From: Hydrolagus colliei | Taxonomy: Eukaryota | Assembly: GCA_035084275.1 (NCBI GenBank) | Contig: CM068748.1 | Coordinates: forward strand, 9,052,001 to 9,116,000 | Length of the DNA stretch: 64,000 nucleotides | Direction: 5' to 3' | In this document: positions 13,500-25,752 of the stretch, piece by piece | How positions within the stretch are numbered: position 1 is the first letter of the stretch | How the letters are laid out: every line of letters starts with the position of its first letter | Program-made: the position numbers and the translations under genes | Notes under the pieces: generated by a model | What the model was told of the DNA's origin: nothing | What the model saw: the letters and a program-made list of their open reading frames with translations, nothing else | Database searches by the model: none

Positions 13500-13940
13500 G
13501 GTGAGGCAGGGTTGGGTCCGGGGCCGCTGACTTACGATGGTAACGCTGGCTTTGCGGAGGTCGCGGTTCTCCTCCTGCAGGGCCTTACACTTGAGCTTGT
13601 AGGTCTCCAGCTCGATCTTCAGCACCTTGTTCTCCTGCTGCAGCGACGCCAGCCGGTTGCTCAGCTCCTCCAGCTTCGAGGCCGAGATCAGGATCCCCGC
13701 TTTGGAGGACGAGGTGGCGGAGGACGAGGCGGGCGGCAGCGCGGCTGAGCTGCCCGCCGCGTCCGTGTCGCTCTCGCTGGCACTGTCCGCCATGTTGTCC
13801 GCCCGCTCGGTGCCAGCACTCGGCCTGGTGTGTGCGCCTGGGCCGAGGGCGGGGACCGCGCCTCAGAGCGGCTTGACCGCGCCACAGCGCCACCTACTGC
13901 AGGGAGGGCTCCCCGGGCAGCCTGCGGAGCAGACTGGGAG
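13500..13940. promoter_or_regulatory. CpG island / CCDC6 promoter and 5'UTR
   Basis: The only strongly GC- and CpG-rich non-repeat stretch in the window. It overlaps the first exon and has a GGGCGGGG GC-box at ~13847. Confidence 0.8.
13536..13793 (-). CDS. CCDC6: CCDC6 exon 1, coding part
   Basis: ATG at 13793 (aacATGG), 258 bp, gtaagt donor. [11 protein letters not shown]...[46 protein letters not shown] matches the CCDC6 N-terminus. Confidence 0.96.
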
Positions 13941-13995
13941 GCAAAGAGAACTGTGAACCCTGAGGCCAGGAGCATGGAAACGTGTGGACTAGAGA

Positions 13996-14336
13996 GAGTC
14001 CTGTAGCCTAGTGGTCAGAGTCCGTGCCTTACCACCCAGAGGACCCGAGTTCGATTCCTCCAGTCCCCCCCTCAACAATATAAACCTTTCACAACTTTCT
14101 CGATTCGTCCAGACACCTCTGTTTAGTAAGAAACCCAGTTGTTCATCGACTGATCACTTTCACTTTCTGGGGCTAATAATTCCTCCCCCAAAAATCAGTA
14201 AATTAGGGTTTTGGGAACACTGCTGTGCGCAATTGGCAAATCGCCCATAAAACATATAGTCACTACATCTTACAGTCTTCTGTGAAGCGCTTTGAGACAT
14301 CTCGACAACCTAATGAGATTCTTTAATAATAATAAT
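13996..14336 (+). mobile_element. tRNA-derived SINE with intact Pol III boxes
   Basis: A box TAGCCTAGTGG at 14004-14014, B box GTTCGATTC at 14049-14057, 3' region ctgctgtgcgcaattggc...tctgtgaagcgctttgagac. Confidence 0.85.
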
Positions 14337-14545
14337 CCTTGCATTTGATATAGCGCTTTTCACGTCTTCGAGACGTCCCAAAGCGCTTCACAGAATATAG
14401 TGGACTGCGAGGTATACTTGCGAGTGAAGAGCGGCAGCTAATTGCGCACAGCAGTGTCCCACAAACAGTCGTGGATTGAAATGACCAATTGTATTATTCT
14501 TTTGGAGGGAATATTATCAGGTGTGTGGAGTAAGGAAACTTGCAC
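14326..14545 (-). mobile_element. 5'-truncated SINE, tail-to-tail with the previous copy
   Basis: Reverse complement ends gacgtgaaaagcgctatatcaaatgcaaggattattattatt. Its body matches the copies at 15569 and 60471. Confidence 0.85.
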
Positions 14546-15568
14546 ACAGTGTCACTACAAAAATGAAAGTTGTTGCTATAAATTATAAGCTATTGGAGAT
14601 TTCATTTTATACATACCGGTAAATAAGTAGCTGTTTGCTAAAGTCAACAGAACCACATAAGATTTCAAAAATGTTGGTGAACCTATTCTATCGAGCAGAA
14701 TTATAACAAACATCATATTTGGCCAATTTGATAGCTTAATTATGGTCTACTAAATATTTCAACATTGATAGAAAGCTCAGATGCTGAGAATTGGAGTGAT
14801 AAGGGGGAAAAAAAACAATATTTAGGAAATAATAATTATTAGTGAATCAGTATTCATCATTATTATTAATTAGGAAATGAAACATTTTGAAATGCTTTAA
14901 AAAAAAGTTCCAGTTTGATCTTTCAGTGGAAACAAGGTGTATTTGAATATAAGCAAACAAGTAACTACATTAAAGGCAACATCTTCATGTTCTTCAATTT
15001 ATGTTTTTCATGTTATTGTAAACAAGGGAGGTAGGTGGCTGGAGGGAAGAGGGGCTCTGCCAATAATAACCAATACTAACCTGCGACTGAGTAACAGGAG
15101 AGATAACAACAACTTGCATTTACAGGCGCGGTTGAAAGACAAAAGATTAAGCAGCTGACTGTGAGTAAAGCTGATATTGGACCCAGACCTTGATTATATC
15201 AAGATGGCTGGTACGTCACAACCTGTCCTATAAAGTTTCTTCCATTCTTCCATTGCACTGAAGCAGATGTTGGTCAGATAGTTGATGATGTAATTCTGAG
15301 TCGTGGGATGTGCTTGTGGAGGCCATTACCTGGAGTAATGTGGAATGTACCTATACATTCATATATAGAGTGCTTGGGAATCAATATGATGATTGGTGTG
15401 CAGAGGTAAGTAGCTGCTACTCTAGCTCCACACCTTCAACTGGTGGAACCAATGCTAAATGGGTGTGGATGTGTCCTGAGATATCACACATTTCAGCCTG
15501 AGCTGTGCTCATAGAAAGTTTCTGTTACCAACATCCACAGTGAGGGCTCGAATGTGCATTTGTCAGAT

Positions 15569-15870
15569 GTCCTATAGCTCAGTGGTTAGAGCACTCGACT
15601 TACAAGTGTAAGACGTATGTTCAAATTCAGGCAGGTCAGGGAGAAACCTTTGGCAAGTTTCCTTACTCTACACGCCTAATCATATCCAAAAAAAACACAC
15701 AATAATAAAATTGATCATTTCAATCCATGACTGTTTGTGGGACACTGCTGTCCCACAATTGGCTGCCACACAATATACAGTCAATTTACTTTACAGTATA
15801 TTCTGTGAAGCACTTTGAGACATCTAGAAGATGTGAAAAGCGCTATATCAAATGCAAGTATTATTATTAT
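15569..15870 (+). mobile_element. Full-length tRNA-derived SINE (~300 bp) with L2-like tail
   Basis: TAGCTCAGTGG A box, GTTCAAATT B-box-like motif, and tail gtgaaaagcgctatatcaaatgcaag(tat)n. Colinear with 60471-60773. Confidence 0.9.
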
Positions 15871-16367
15871 GTCAAATGATCAACCAGTGATCATCTAAGG
15901 GGGGAAAAGTGGGGTCTCCATGGTGTTAACCTGACTCAAGATGAAATACTAGATGATAGATCATCAGAATTGAGTCTATCCTCTGGTAGCCTTGTTCATA
16001 AGCCAAGCAGGTTCACAATACTTTAGGGCACTGTTGATGACAGACCAGCTAGCCTGGCTCACTGGAAGGATTTGGAAGGCAAGACTCCAATAGTAACAAC
16101 AAAATTACATTTGTATACCACATTTCACATTGGTAGGATATCTCAAGGCGCTAACTCTACTCCCCACTTGGAGTAGGATTTAAAAAAAATCAACTCCTGT
16201 TAACCGTGTACGCCAAAGATCTAACAGATAGCATGGTCCTAGCTGGACAAGCAGAAGGAAGCTTGCCAGACAATGCTTTCAAAGGCAAGTTATGCAGTTT
16301 AGCTGCTTAAAGTTCATCAGTACCTCAGTGCACACTCGAGGATCCCCAGGGGTTTGGCTGTTGTGCC

Positions 16368-16640
16368 AACTACAACAACAAAATTACATTTGTTTATCGC
16401 CCCTTTCACGTCGGGAGGACGTTCCAAGATGTTGGACAGTCAATGTTTCAGACCTGGGTTGGGGAGGGTGGAGGGAAAGGAGAAGATTTGGGGTGACCGA
16501 TGGGACTGTCGAAGAGGAGGGTCGTGAGGCGGGACTTGAAGGAGGCTAGGGCTGGTACGAGACGGAAGGACTGTGGAATGGAGTTCCAGAGGTTAGGGGC
16601 AGAGTGGCTGAAGGCTCACCCACCTAAGGGGAGGGCAGGT
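16368..16640 (-). mobile_element. L2 LINE 3' fragment
   Basis: Reverse complement matches the end of the 2185-4337 element (tcctcccgacgtgaaaggggcgat, ttcaag...ctcttcgac). Confidence 0.8.
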
Positions 16641-16979
16641 GGGTCGGGATCTTTATCGCGTCTCTTCCTTTATTGTCCTCTGTGAAACCGCACTCCAGAT
16701 GCCTGGTGGAGTGCAGTAAACCTGCAGTACACAGAGTAGCGAGGTTCAGAACCTAGTGACCACTGCTGCGCAGAAAGGAATACAAGCCTGAGGATGTGTG
16801 TAAAAGAATTGTTTGAGACACCTGTGTACCCTCCTGTGAACAAATTATTCTGGACGTAGGGAGTGAAGACTATCATAACAATATGTGTATATGTCAGGTA
16901 TGATCCAGGCAGAAGGTAGGACAATGAACTTCAGGAGATAGAAGAGTGTAAATATTTCTGCATATTGAAGCTGAAATTC

Positions 16980-19279
16980 TAAAGTTAGGCAATGAATATC
17001 ATTTTTAGTATTCATTAAATCAAAGTTGGAAATATACAATTTCATAAGTACAAAAACAGAGGCTTGTGCCAGTCTGTCAAGTTTGAATAAGCATACACTG
17101 AAATATGAGGCCTGAAGTTTGAGAACTCTGTTAGAAGCATTTTACTGTTTGAAATGAAGATTGAATTTAAATTTCTGTTGGAATTTTTCTGTAAGTAAAC
17201 ATAACATTATTGAGATCCTTATTTGCAATCTATAGTTATATTTTAATTTGGGAACTTTTAATACTGCACAGTCCCCTCAGCTAAATTTAGTGTCCTGTAA
17301 TATATCAATGTGGTATATCACAAATAGATTTTTAAAAGTGCAGTTTTCAAATTCTAAGAGTGTTTGCAATTATTTTTAGAAAACAGAATAAACGTCTACA
17401 AAGCGGATATAAGCTTAATGGATATAAAGGTACATGTACTTACAAATTTGTGATTTGTAAATACCTTGCAGTAAATATTTATTTCCTCTACATACAGCAT
17501 AAAAACATCAATCAAGTCTTTTAATGCCAGAATATTTTATGTAGAACTTGTACAACAATCAGGAATCATAAAAAGTAAACTGAGAGCCCAACAGCCCAAT
17601 TATAGGCCGGGAAGCTTTTAATGTAAAATGTAAATTTCAATTTCAATCTTAGTAGGCTAAGTCTCTTATCTTGGCCGTCTCATCTGGGATAGAAGGAAAC
17701 TGATCCAAGAAGAAACCCTTTTCAAAGAGTCTATAAATCTATCTAGAGAGATTATTGAAGGTGCAAAATAGTTTATCCCAATGAGGAAATCATTGTAAAA
17801 TCATCTGACTTAAAAGAGAAGATAATTCATGCCTTGCAATTAAACAATCAAGTTTCTAAAAAAAACACCAAGAATACTAGTGATTTAGCACAATTTATTT
17901 TTGCTTGAATAATCAATTGGATCATTCGGTGGAATTCTGTTTTTCATACATATGTTATTAGAGCTATCTTCAGTGACTGCGTAATGTTTTCATATGAATA
18001 TAATCAACAGAGGAGAATAATTCACCAAACCCAAATGTAAAATGCCCTTTTAACCACAGCAGCCTTACAACCTATTATTACACTGCTAAAAAAGATTAGA
18101 TGATTGGCTTACGGAAAGACTTCTACATCTTATAGCCAATGCACATGATACAGTAATACTTTTACAGCGTGCTGCCAGTCTACAAGCATGTACATTCTGA
18201 TCATTTCAACTTTATTTTCAATCCTGTGCCTGCAAGAGAATTAGTTGAACTATTAAGTTGCAAGCATGAATCCCTCTGTTTAGCAAGAACATTAAACTTT
18301 CCCCTTTACATAATGTATGGCATCTTTAAGATCATTTAAAAAAAATAGCAACAACAGATAGTAAAACAAGGGAAATGTGTTTTACATTGATAAATTCTTT
18401 GTTAATTTCAACATTGTGTCTGCAAACTTAGAAAAAAATTAATTAAATGAATACATGCATCAAAATATTAGTACTCTGAAGAAATTGTGTATTTAGATTT
18501 TTTTCACAGAATTACAGAATTTTCCATTGTTTTTGAAAATCATTTTAAAGTTAGCAGTATAATCTGAAAGAAGGCTTATTTCAGTTAAAATTAAGCTAGC
18601 GTTTTTGCATATACAAAGATTATACTTTCTAGTAATTGTACAAGAATTTGTGGAGTTACACTCAAAGTTGCCCAGTAGGTGGAATCACTTCTAAAGCATA
18701 ATTGTGCACTAAAGCAGTTGCAGTGCTCTTAATGATTTCTTAGAACAGTACTTCAAAAAAAAGTATGCACTATCCATTTCATCAGAATTTTTACAGTGTT
18801 ACGTATGTACAGCAAAACCATTGTTTTTTGTTTTTAATTTTTTTAAATAAGCAAGTAGATTTGTTACCCCCTGAAATCATGGGTTCAAGATAATTATAAG
18901 GCTAGCTGCTGTGTAATCAGTGATTCTTAATTTCCTTCCAGGAACCAGCACTCCGTTATCTATTGTGCCATGTTTTGTCACAGGAAGATATCAAATACAT
19001 TAAATAAAAATTCTGTTTGATGACACTGCTCTATTTGAAAAAAGTCGTTCATACCATGGCACCTCAGACATCTGTCAAGTCAATCGCACTCTCTTCAGAT
19101 CAATGAATGAAAGTGAATTTCCATGCGTTTATTTAAATTTGCTCATGCTAAATGAAAATATCCTCTTTTATCTAAACCATGCTTTAATGCTTGGAAGCAG
19201 CAGGTACACACTTTTCTACAATTGCTTCGTTTTCTGTTCCAGCCATTTTCTTCTGGACACATGGCAGTAAAATGTGTTC
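16980..19279 (-). other. ANK3: ANK3 terminal non-coding exon (3'UTR)
   Basis: Acceptor ttttacag|GAACACATTTTACTGCCA at 19279. Repeat-free and AT-rich, with minus-strand AATAAA at ~19128, 18211, 17894 and 17478. The distal end is a guess. Confidence 0.55.
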
Positions 19280-20157
19280 CTGTAAAATTGGAAACAAAAA
19301 TTTAGTCCATCCATATCAATTAAATACATTGAAACTATTAATAGATTTGCTGCACCTTGAATTAAATAAATTAGGTACTTTAATGATTCTTAAAATGCCA
19401 TTCGTATTTACTCTCATTCCCACTGAGAATACTGAATTTAGTCTAGGCAAATAGTAGGGAGATCTAATTCCCAACAACTCCCAGTAAATGAAATTGGGAG
19501 CTGGTTATGTGAGCAATCACAAGCCTGAAACCATATGCTGTCTCCTTGGTATATCATCAATATGTTTCCTGTGCTTTTAATAATAGTTAAAATGGTTTCT
19601 ACAACATTTCCATTTTGTTTATTAAGATACGCTAAAAAGGCGTGATTTTCATTAATATTAAACCTGGTTTCTATTATTCGGCATTGGAGTGAAACATTAA
19701 ATTATTTGAACTTCTGGATATGCCATTCTTTCATGCTGTAAAATTGTCCCTTCTCTATTTGTTTTTCTCTGCTTCATTTAACTTATGCTCCACAATTCAG
19801 AAGACAATAAGTAGTTTCTGAACAGTCTGTTCCCAATCACCCACTCCAAACTGATGCACCAGAAAACAGATTAATGGGCATTAAAAATAGATAAAGCACT
19901 GAGTTCTTGATACTATTATTCAAAAATACCAAAAAATTTAATTGCTTTTACTGAAGTAATTTACTATCATAATAAGATGAGGTGCTACCCTGCATAGAAG
20001 GTTCTAAATGAGTGCAAGTTATTGTTGTTGACAAACGTTAGTTGGCTTAAATTGTAGGATTTCACCTGTTAAAACATACAATCATGCACTTCACAGCAAA
20101 ATCCTGTGAAATACTTTAAGAGACATTTCCCTTGCTACTACTGCACCATCCACGAAA

Positions 20158-20375
20158 TCAACAACAACTTGCATTTATATAGCACCCTTCACACCAGGCG
20201 ACACCTCAGAGTGCATCACAACGGGCAATGGCGGGGCCCCGAGGCCGAGAATGAGTGGGGGATGGTGATCGTAAATATTTTTTGAAGAGAAAGGTCTTCA
20301 AGCGTGACCCACAGATGGAAAAGGAGGGAGTGAGGCAAATGGGTTAAGGGAGGGAGTTTTGGGGTGTAGTAGAGA
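20158..20375 (-). mobile_element. L2 LINE 3' fragment
   Basis: caacaacaacttgcatttatatagcaccc tail, with an ORF2-end remnant (gaaaggtcttcaag). Confidence 0.7.
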
Positions 20376-20497
20376 GCGTGAGACACAGATAAAGAAGAGA
20401 TTAAATAAGTGAGCGAATGTGCTAGTGAGAGGTAATAAATTGTTTTACCCACAGATGCAGAATTACCTTTATCCAATCCCTTTTGCTGGGGAGTCTT

Positions 20498-20566
20498 TTA
20501 ATGAGTCTTTTTATCCACCTGTCTGGCAGTTTCTTTCTTGACTTTGATTACTTTATATCCTTCCAC
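20498..20566 (-). CDS. ANK3: ANK3 last coding exon
   Basis: Acceptor taacag. Encodes VEGYKVIKVKKETARQVDKKTH*, resembling the mammalian ankyrin-G C-terminus. The exon continues 31 nt past the stop to an AAG|gtaatt donor at 20467. Confidence 0.88.
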   Translation of the reverse strand: MEGYKVIKVKKETARQVDKKTH

Positions 20567-22038
20567 CTGTTATGGTAAAAGAAAAAAAAACATTCTCTGG
20601 GTTAATAAGAGAATAATCTGGTCACTGGAATACTCGAAAGCAGCAGACATCTGATGGTCTTAATGTGAAAGTGTTAGTATGATTAGTGAGCATATCTTAA
20701 ATAGATTTCATAATTTTTCTCCAACAAGAACAGCAAAGTTCACACATTCAGTAAGAGTAGATACTGCAACACAAGATTATTAGTCAACAAATGTCAGCAC
20801 GGTAGATCACTCGCACAGCTAGAGCATGGATTAAAGAGATCAACTGGAATTCAAACAAAGTCTAGAAAGACTGAAAGAGCCATCCCACTTTTACAAAATC
20901 TTAAATCGAAGAAACCACATTAATCAGATCCAGTTTAATTCCAGTGAATGACAAACAATCCCTTTCTATTGATTTCAAAAGAGATAAAAGTAGAGAGTGT
21001 TCAGAGAAATACTCTCATCTTGTAATATTAGACATAATATTTAAAGTATCCATATGTATCCATATCCATTCTTTTGAAAGAATTCAACATCATTCAAATT
21101 CATTTAAGCGATGAAGCTCCTTTAAATGGGGAAATTAAACAGGTATTTACGTGCATGAAAGGTAAAATAAAGTGCTATGAGGATTTTACTTGAAAATAGC
21201 AGCTTTAATCTGGATTTGATTTATGCAACAGAACCTAAAGATTCAGCAAAAAATACAATGGAGCCAAAGATCTTGTTCCAGAATTCATTCTAGTCACACA
21301 ATAGCTCAGCAAAAGATCGTACAAATAATTCTGATCTGCAGAATTAATCATTAGTTGCTAAATGCTTGCAGTATCTCTTTCAAAATAATACTACTTTCTC
21401 CTCCCAAGAAAAGATTCAGCTTTAGCAATACTTTCAAAAATAAGGGCCATTCTGTTCATTTTATCAATGAGAATCATGGTGACCAAAAATTGCATTAGCA
21501 GAGATTATGGAACTTTTCCATTACAATCTGAGCATCAAGATAAAATGTGTTAAAATGTGTCCCGTATGCAAAACAAACCACTACCTATTGTCAGGAAATA
21601 GTATCAAGTTTCCCATAGCTATCCTTACAAGTAAAAAGTTAAAACATCTCTTGAAAGATGCAATTCACACTTGCAAACTAACATCATTATTATTATTTCT
21701 TAATCAGCATGAACTGACAACAGCTGAGATACTAATCTTGGTTGCCATTATGTTGCTACTATTGTAACTGGCATCTAAATACAGTATATCAGCCATTCAA
21801 TACAATTTTCATGCCTGCTTATTGAAAACTACCTATCACCTGGGCACATATTTTCTGTGAAAATGTAGGATAATAATTAAGTGAGGAATTTGGGGGCAGA
21901 AATGAACTCTTTGTGGCAGGATTATCATTTTATCGGTGCTATTGCCCACAATCTATATATTTTTTAATTCCCAAATTTATCTCAAGCATCTAATAATTAA
22001 TTCTACTACAGTTTTCCATATTTCTTCAAGCATCAAAC

Positions 22039-22149
22039 CTCCTGTTCTGTATCAGCACATTCAAAATATTCCTCATCAGCCTGCCCTTCCGCTTCTGTAG
22101 GTTCGTTGTCTTTAGACATAACAACACACCTCACTACTTTTCGGGTTAC
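22039..22149 (-). CDS. ANK3: ANK3 muscle-type exon 3 (obscurin-binding region)
   Basis: Acceptor ttcttag. Encodes VTRKVVRCVVMSKDNEPTEAEGQADEEYFECADTEQE. Weak donor GAG|gtttga; read-through gives V* at 22033. Confidence 0.75.
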
Positions 22150-22303
22150 CTAAGAAAAGTGAGGAAAAAATTGAAAGGAAACGCTGGGCTTAATATATTT
22201 TGAATGGTTAAGGACCAAAACTTCAATTATTTGCAACACACAACTTGATAAAGTCACAGGTGTGAGGACTTGAATAGATGTTGTCAGCTTAGTATTACTG
22301 TAC

Positions 22304-22387
22304 TTTTCTTGTGACGTGGTTGCCATCTTCATCCACATACTGCTCTTCCATGACAGTTTCTCCAGGGATGTTTTTTGCTTCATCTGC
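22304..22387 (-). CDS. ANK3: ANK3 muscle-type exon 2
   Basis: 84 bp, phase 0/0. Encodes ADEAKNIPGETVMEEQYVDEDGNHVTRK, the IPGExVxEEQYxDExGN motif of ankyrin obscurin-binding domains. Confidence 0.88.
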
Positions 22388-24642
22388 CTAAAGGATACAT
22401 CATTGAAAAAATCAAGACATATTTAGAATAGGAAGACTGACACAACACCGAACCATACACGTAACAATCCTGGATGCTAAGAGAATGGTTATTATTGTAA
22501 ATCTTGTCACGTAGAATATTTTCTTTTTGTTTGTTCAAGACCCAACAAAGCACGAATGCACCAGCATTCTATTAATCACTGTGTGATCCTGACTAGCTAC
22601 TTGCTGTCCGCAGCATTGATAATACAGTTAATCATGGGGCACCCCAGAGCAACCAAACACTGTATCAACCTGGTTACAGCAATATGACCTCAGAGCTACA
22701 GCCAAATTAAAAATGAGAATTTAATGCCCAGCTTCTTTGTTCTTAGGTTATTGTTTTCTTCTAAATTATCCATAATATTTCATTAACACAGTGCCACTTT
22801 ACTGATTGACCAATGACTAAAAATATGAAGAAATCTTGCTTACTACGCACATTAAAAAAAATCAAAGAACATTTACTTTAATTCAGCATCAATTTGAAGG
22901 AATTTCAGGAAAACTGCCTATACAAAAGTAGCTCACACTAATGTATTTATGTATGCCTTTTATATGCTGCATTGCAAAGATGTACTGTGTGAGTTTTGGA
23001 AGCAGTCAGTCGGAATTGCACTGTTCTTAAACTCATGCGACTGCAACATACAGACGTCTCATACAAATCTGTTACCATAGCATGCAGCAGCTGCACCATT
23101 ATGTGCTGCTAATTGCAATAAGATTTTCTTTAGGTAAATTGTAATCTGAACACTTTTGTAAATTAGCACTAAGTCTTCAAGAGTTGCAGTTTTGAATCAA
23201 AGCAATTTCATTAATTCGACTGGTTGTGAGTGAATATAATTTTCATTGGTTCTCTATAACACTTATTAATCACATATCTTTGTAATATGATACAGCTTTC
23301 ATGAGTTGTTCAGAGGGCAATCCAAGAGAAGCATACACTGACAGCCAGTTAATCGAGTTTCCATTCTGTGTTTAAAAAAAAATTTGAAGCACTTCTTTAG
23401 CTTGTACTATAGTCAGGACAAAATGCATTAGTGGGGTCAAACCGTGGGGGTGACAAAACTTCACAATTTACACCATCCAAAACCAGAGACAGAGTCATGC
23501 TTTCATGTAGCTGAACAGTTTGATGGTCTGTGATCTTGTTGTATTGGTCATGTTTGAAGTAAAGGAGTTAAGTTACTTCCTTTTGTACTTCTAACCCTTT
23601 TCCCAAGAGGTTTCCCACCTCCGCCCATTGGTTTCTTTATTGCTTCCTCTTTTTTCTGTGTTTATATTTCTCTTTAAGACAGGAAATTCTCAGGTTGCAT
23701 TCAATCCTATTGTTCTAATTGGGAAAATGGTCATAAGCATATCAGAAGATGGTAGAAGTGGCATTTTGGATACATTTCATTTTCTTCAACTACATAGGTT
23801 CAGCCTCCAATCTGGATGTGTAAATTTTTATATGTCTTCAATTTGTAGAATTACAAATACAGATTATAATAATGTTCCACTAATCTACAGAACAGCAAAA
23901 CAAGGCAATGTCTTGACAACATCAATATAATCTGATATTTTGTAAATCTCTTTTGCCCAAGAACAGATTATTCTTTCTATGTGTAATGTATTCCATCTCA
24001 CTGTGAACTCTACCCAACAACCAACCCATCTCCACCAATGAGCCCCACCTAGCTGCCAATCAATAAGAGACCCAACAGCACATAGGCATTGAAGTTTTAA
24101 ATCACCAATGAAAAGGATTACAAGTAAATTGTTTGCGCTTGAACTAATCTGGTCCATGGATTAAGAACCCAACCACATCTCAGACTCTAATGTGATAACA
24201 TGTAGATGTAAATAAAGGTTGATCAGTCCAGTGTCTCCTCTTTTCATATAAATGTTCTAATGCATACATTTGATCTATAACAATGTCATCACACTTGCTT
24301 ATTTAGGAACTCACTATGGTGTAATACTAAATTTAAAAATTAACTTTATTTGAATAAAATGATTCATTTAAGAAAAACTATTCGAATGAAAAGTTTGAAA
24401 GGATGACAATTGAATTCCAAAGATGTGATTTTTTGCAAATCAATGGGCCATTGTTCTATCAGTACCGCGCTGAAGATAATTATGAAGCTGTTCCCTCTCA
24501 TCAAACTGATCAACCCCACGAAATCATGCTTGGAGTCAAAAGCCCAAACACAGCAAACTGAAGCACCAAGAAAGATAGAGTAAAAAAAAATAATTTCCAA
24601 ACAGCAACTGACAAACAACAACACACTAAAATGATTGGATAC

Positions 24643-24723
24643 CTTTAGAATTACCCTGCGGCGAATAACCCTGGTGGTGACAATCTCCTCCTCATCCGAG
24701 CTGGGCTCACTTTCCCCAAGCTC
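24643..24723 (-). CDS. ANK3: ANK3 muscle-type exon 1
   Basis: 81 bp, phase 0/0, aatcag acceptor and gtatcc donor. Encodes ELGESEPSSDEEEIVTTRVIRRRVILK. Confidence 0.85.
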
Positions 24724-25752
24724 CTGATTAGTGTATTTTAGCACATTATGAAATAAGTTGAAATGTATTGTGAGAGCTGACATAGACAGATGCACTTCCT
24801 TCAAACCAGTCAAGACTTAAATGGCATGCTATTAGATTATATTTGCATGTCATTTGACATAAGTTGTTGTATTGGTTCATTATCTTTGTAAATTTACTTC
24901 AGGATTCAAAGCCCGGCCCTGTTCAATGTTCCCTTAAAGAATGGCAAATACACTAAAACATTGCCATATTGCAGCTTTTCTTTCTCAATATATTTCTCAA
25001 TCACTCAATCAATCACAAATAATTCACAGTGCCTCAACAATCTTCTTAAAAATATTTGTTCTACATCGATGTTATTCATAGTTGTGGTTTGCAGTAAAAT
25101 ACCATAATGCTTCCGTTTTTGAATCATCAGAACATTTGTAGCTATGAATAAATTGATCTGCTTTGGGAAAAATATCAATTGATATTGATAGAACTGCATT
25201 AAAAACAATGTTTAGCTATTAAGGGACACCGAGTATCACATTTCTGATTTACCTAATACTGTACCATGAAAATATTACAGTCACTTCAGGCAACATACAG
25301 AATAATATATTTGCAGATATAACATACAATGATATTTACTCAAATAGAAGCCTGTGCAGGAATGGAAACGGCAGTGGTATGTTTTCCATGACTTAACTTT
25401 AGGCGAAAACAGATACCAGTTAAATTAAGTAATGGTTTGTTACATAACCTGAATGTCAGATATAATGAAAATCACTCTGTGTGACTAGGAATATTGATAA
25501 AATCAATGAACACATCATGAACTGGAGGATAAAAACCTGCTAAGATATTAACAGATGAATTGAGGCAGTACTTCTGGAAGTAAAGTGTGAACACTTGTAA
25601 TAAACAAAAGACAGATGCATTTATTTTTCAAGCTAAAATAATACCCCAATACTTTAACATTATTTCAATTGAAAGATCCTACCAGCATATTTTAACATTA
25701 TTTTAATTGAAAGATCCTACCAGCATATTTAAGAAAATATACATATATATAC

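Noticed and set aside
13512-13975. Overlapping ORFs around CCDC6 exon 1
   Set aside because: Expected from stop-codon scarcity in a GC-rich island.
13996-14070. tRNA gene
   Set aside because: A and B boxes are present, but there is no proper acceptor stem or cloverleaf, and the sequence continues into a SINE body and tail. The same applies to 15569 and 60471.
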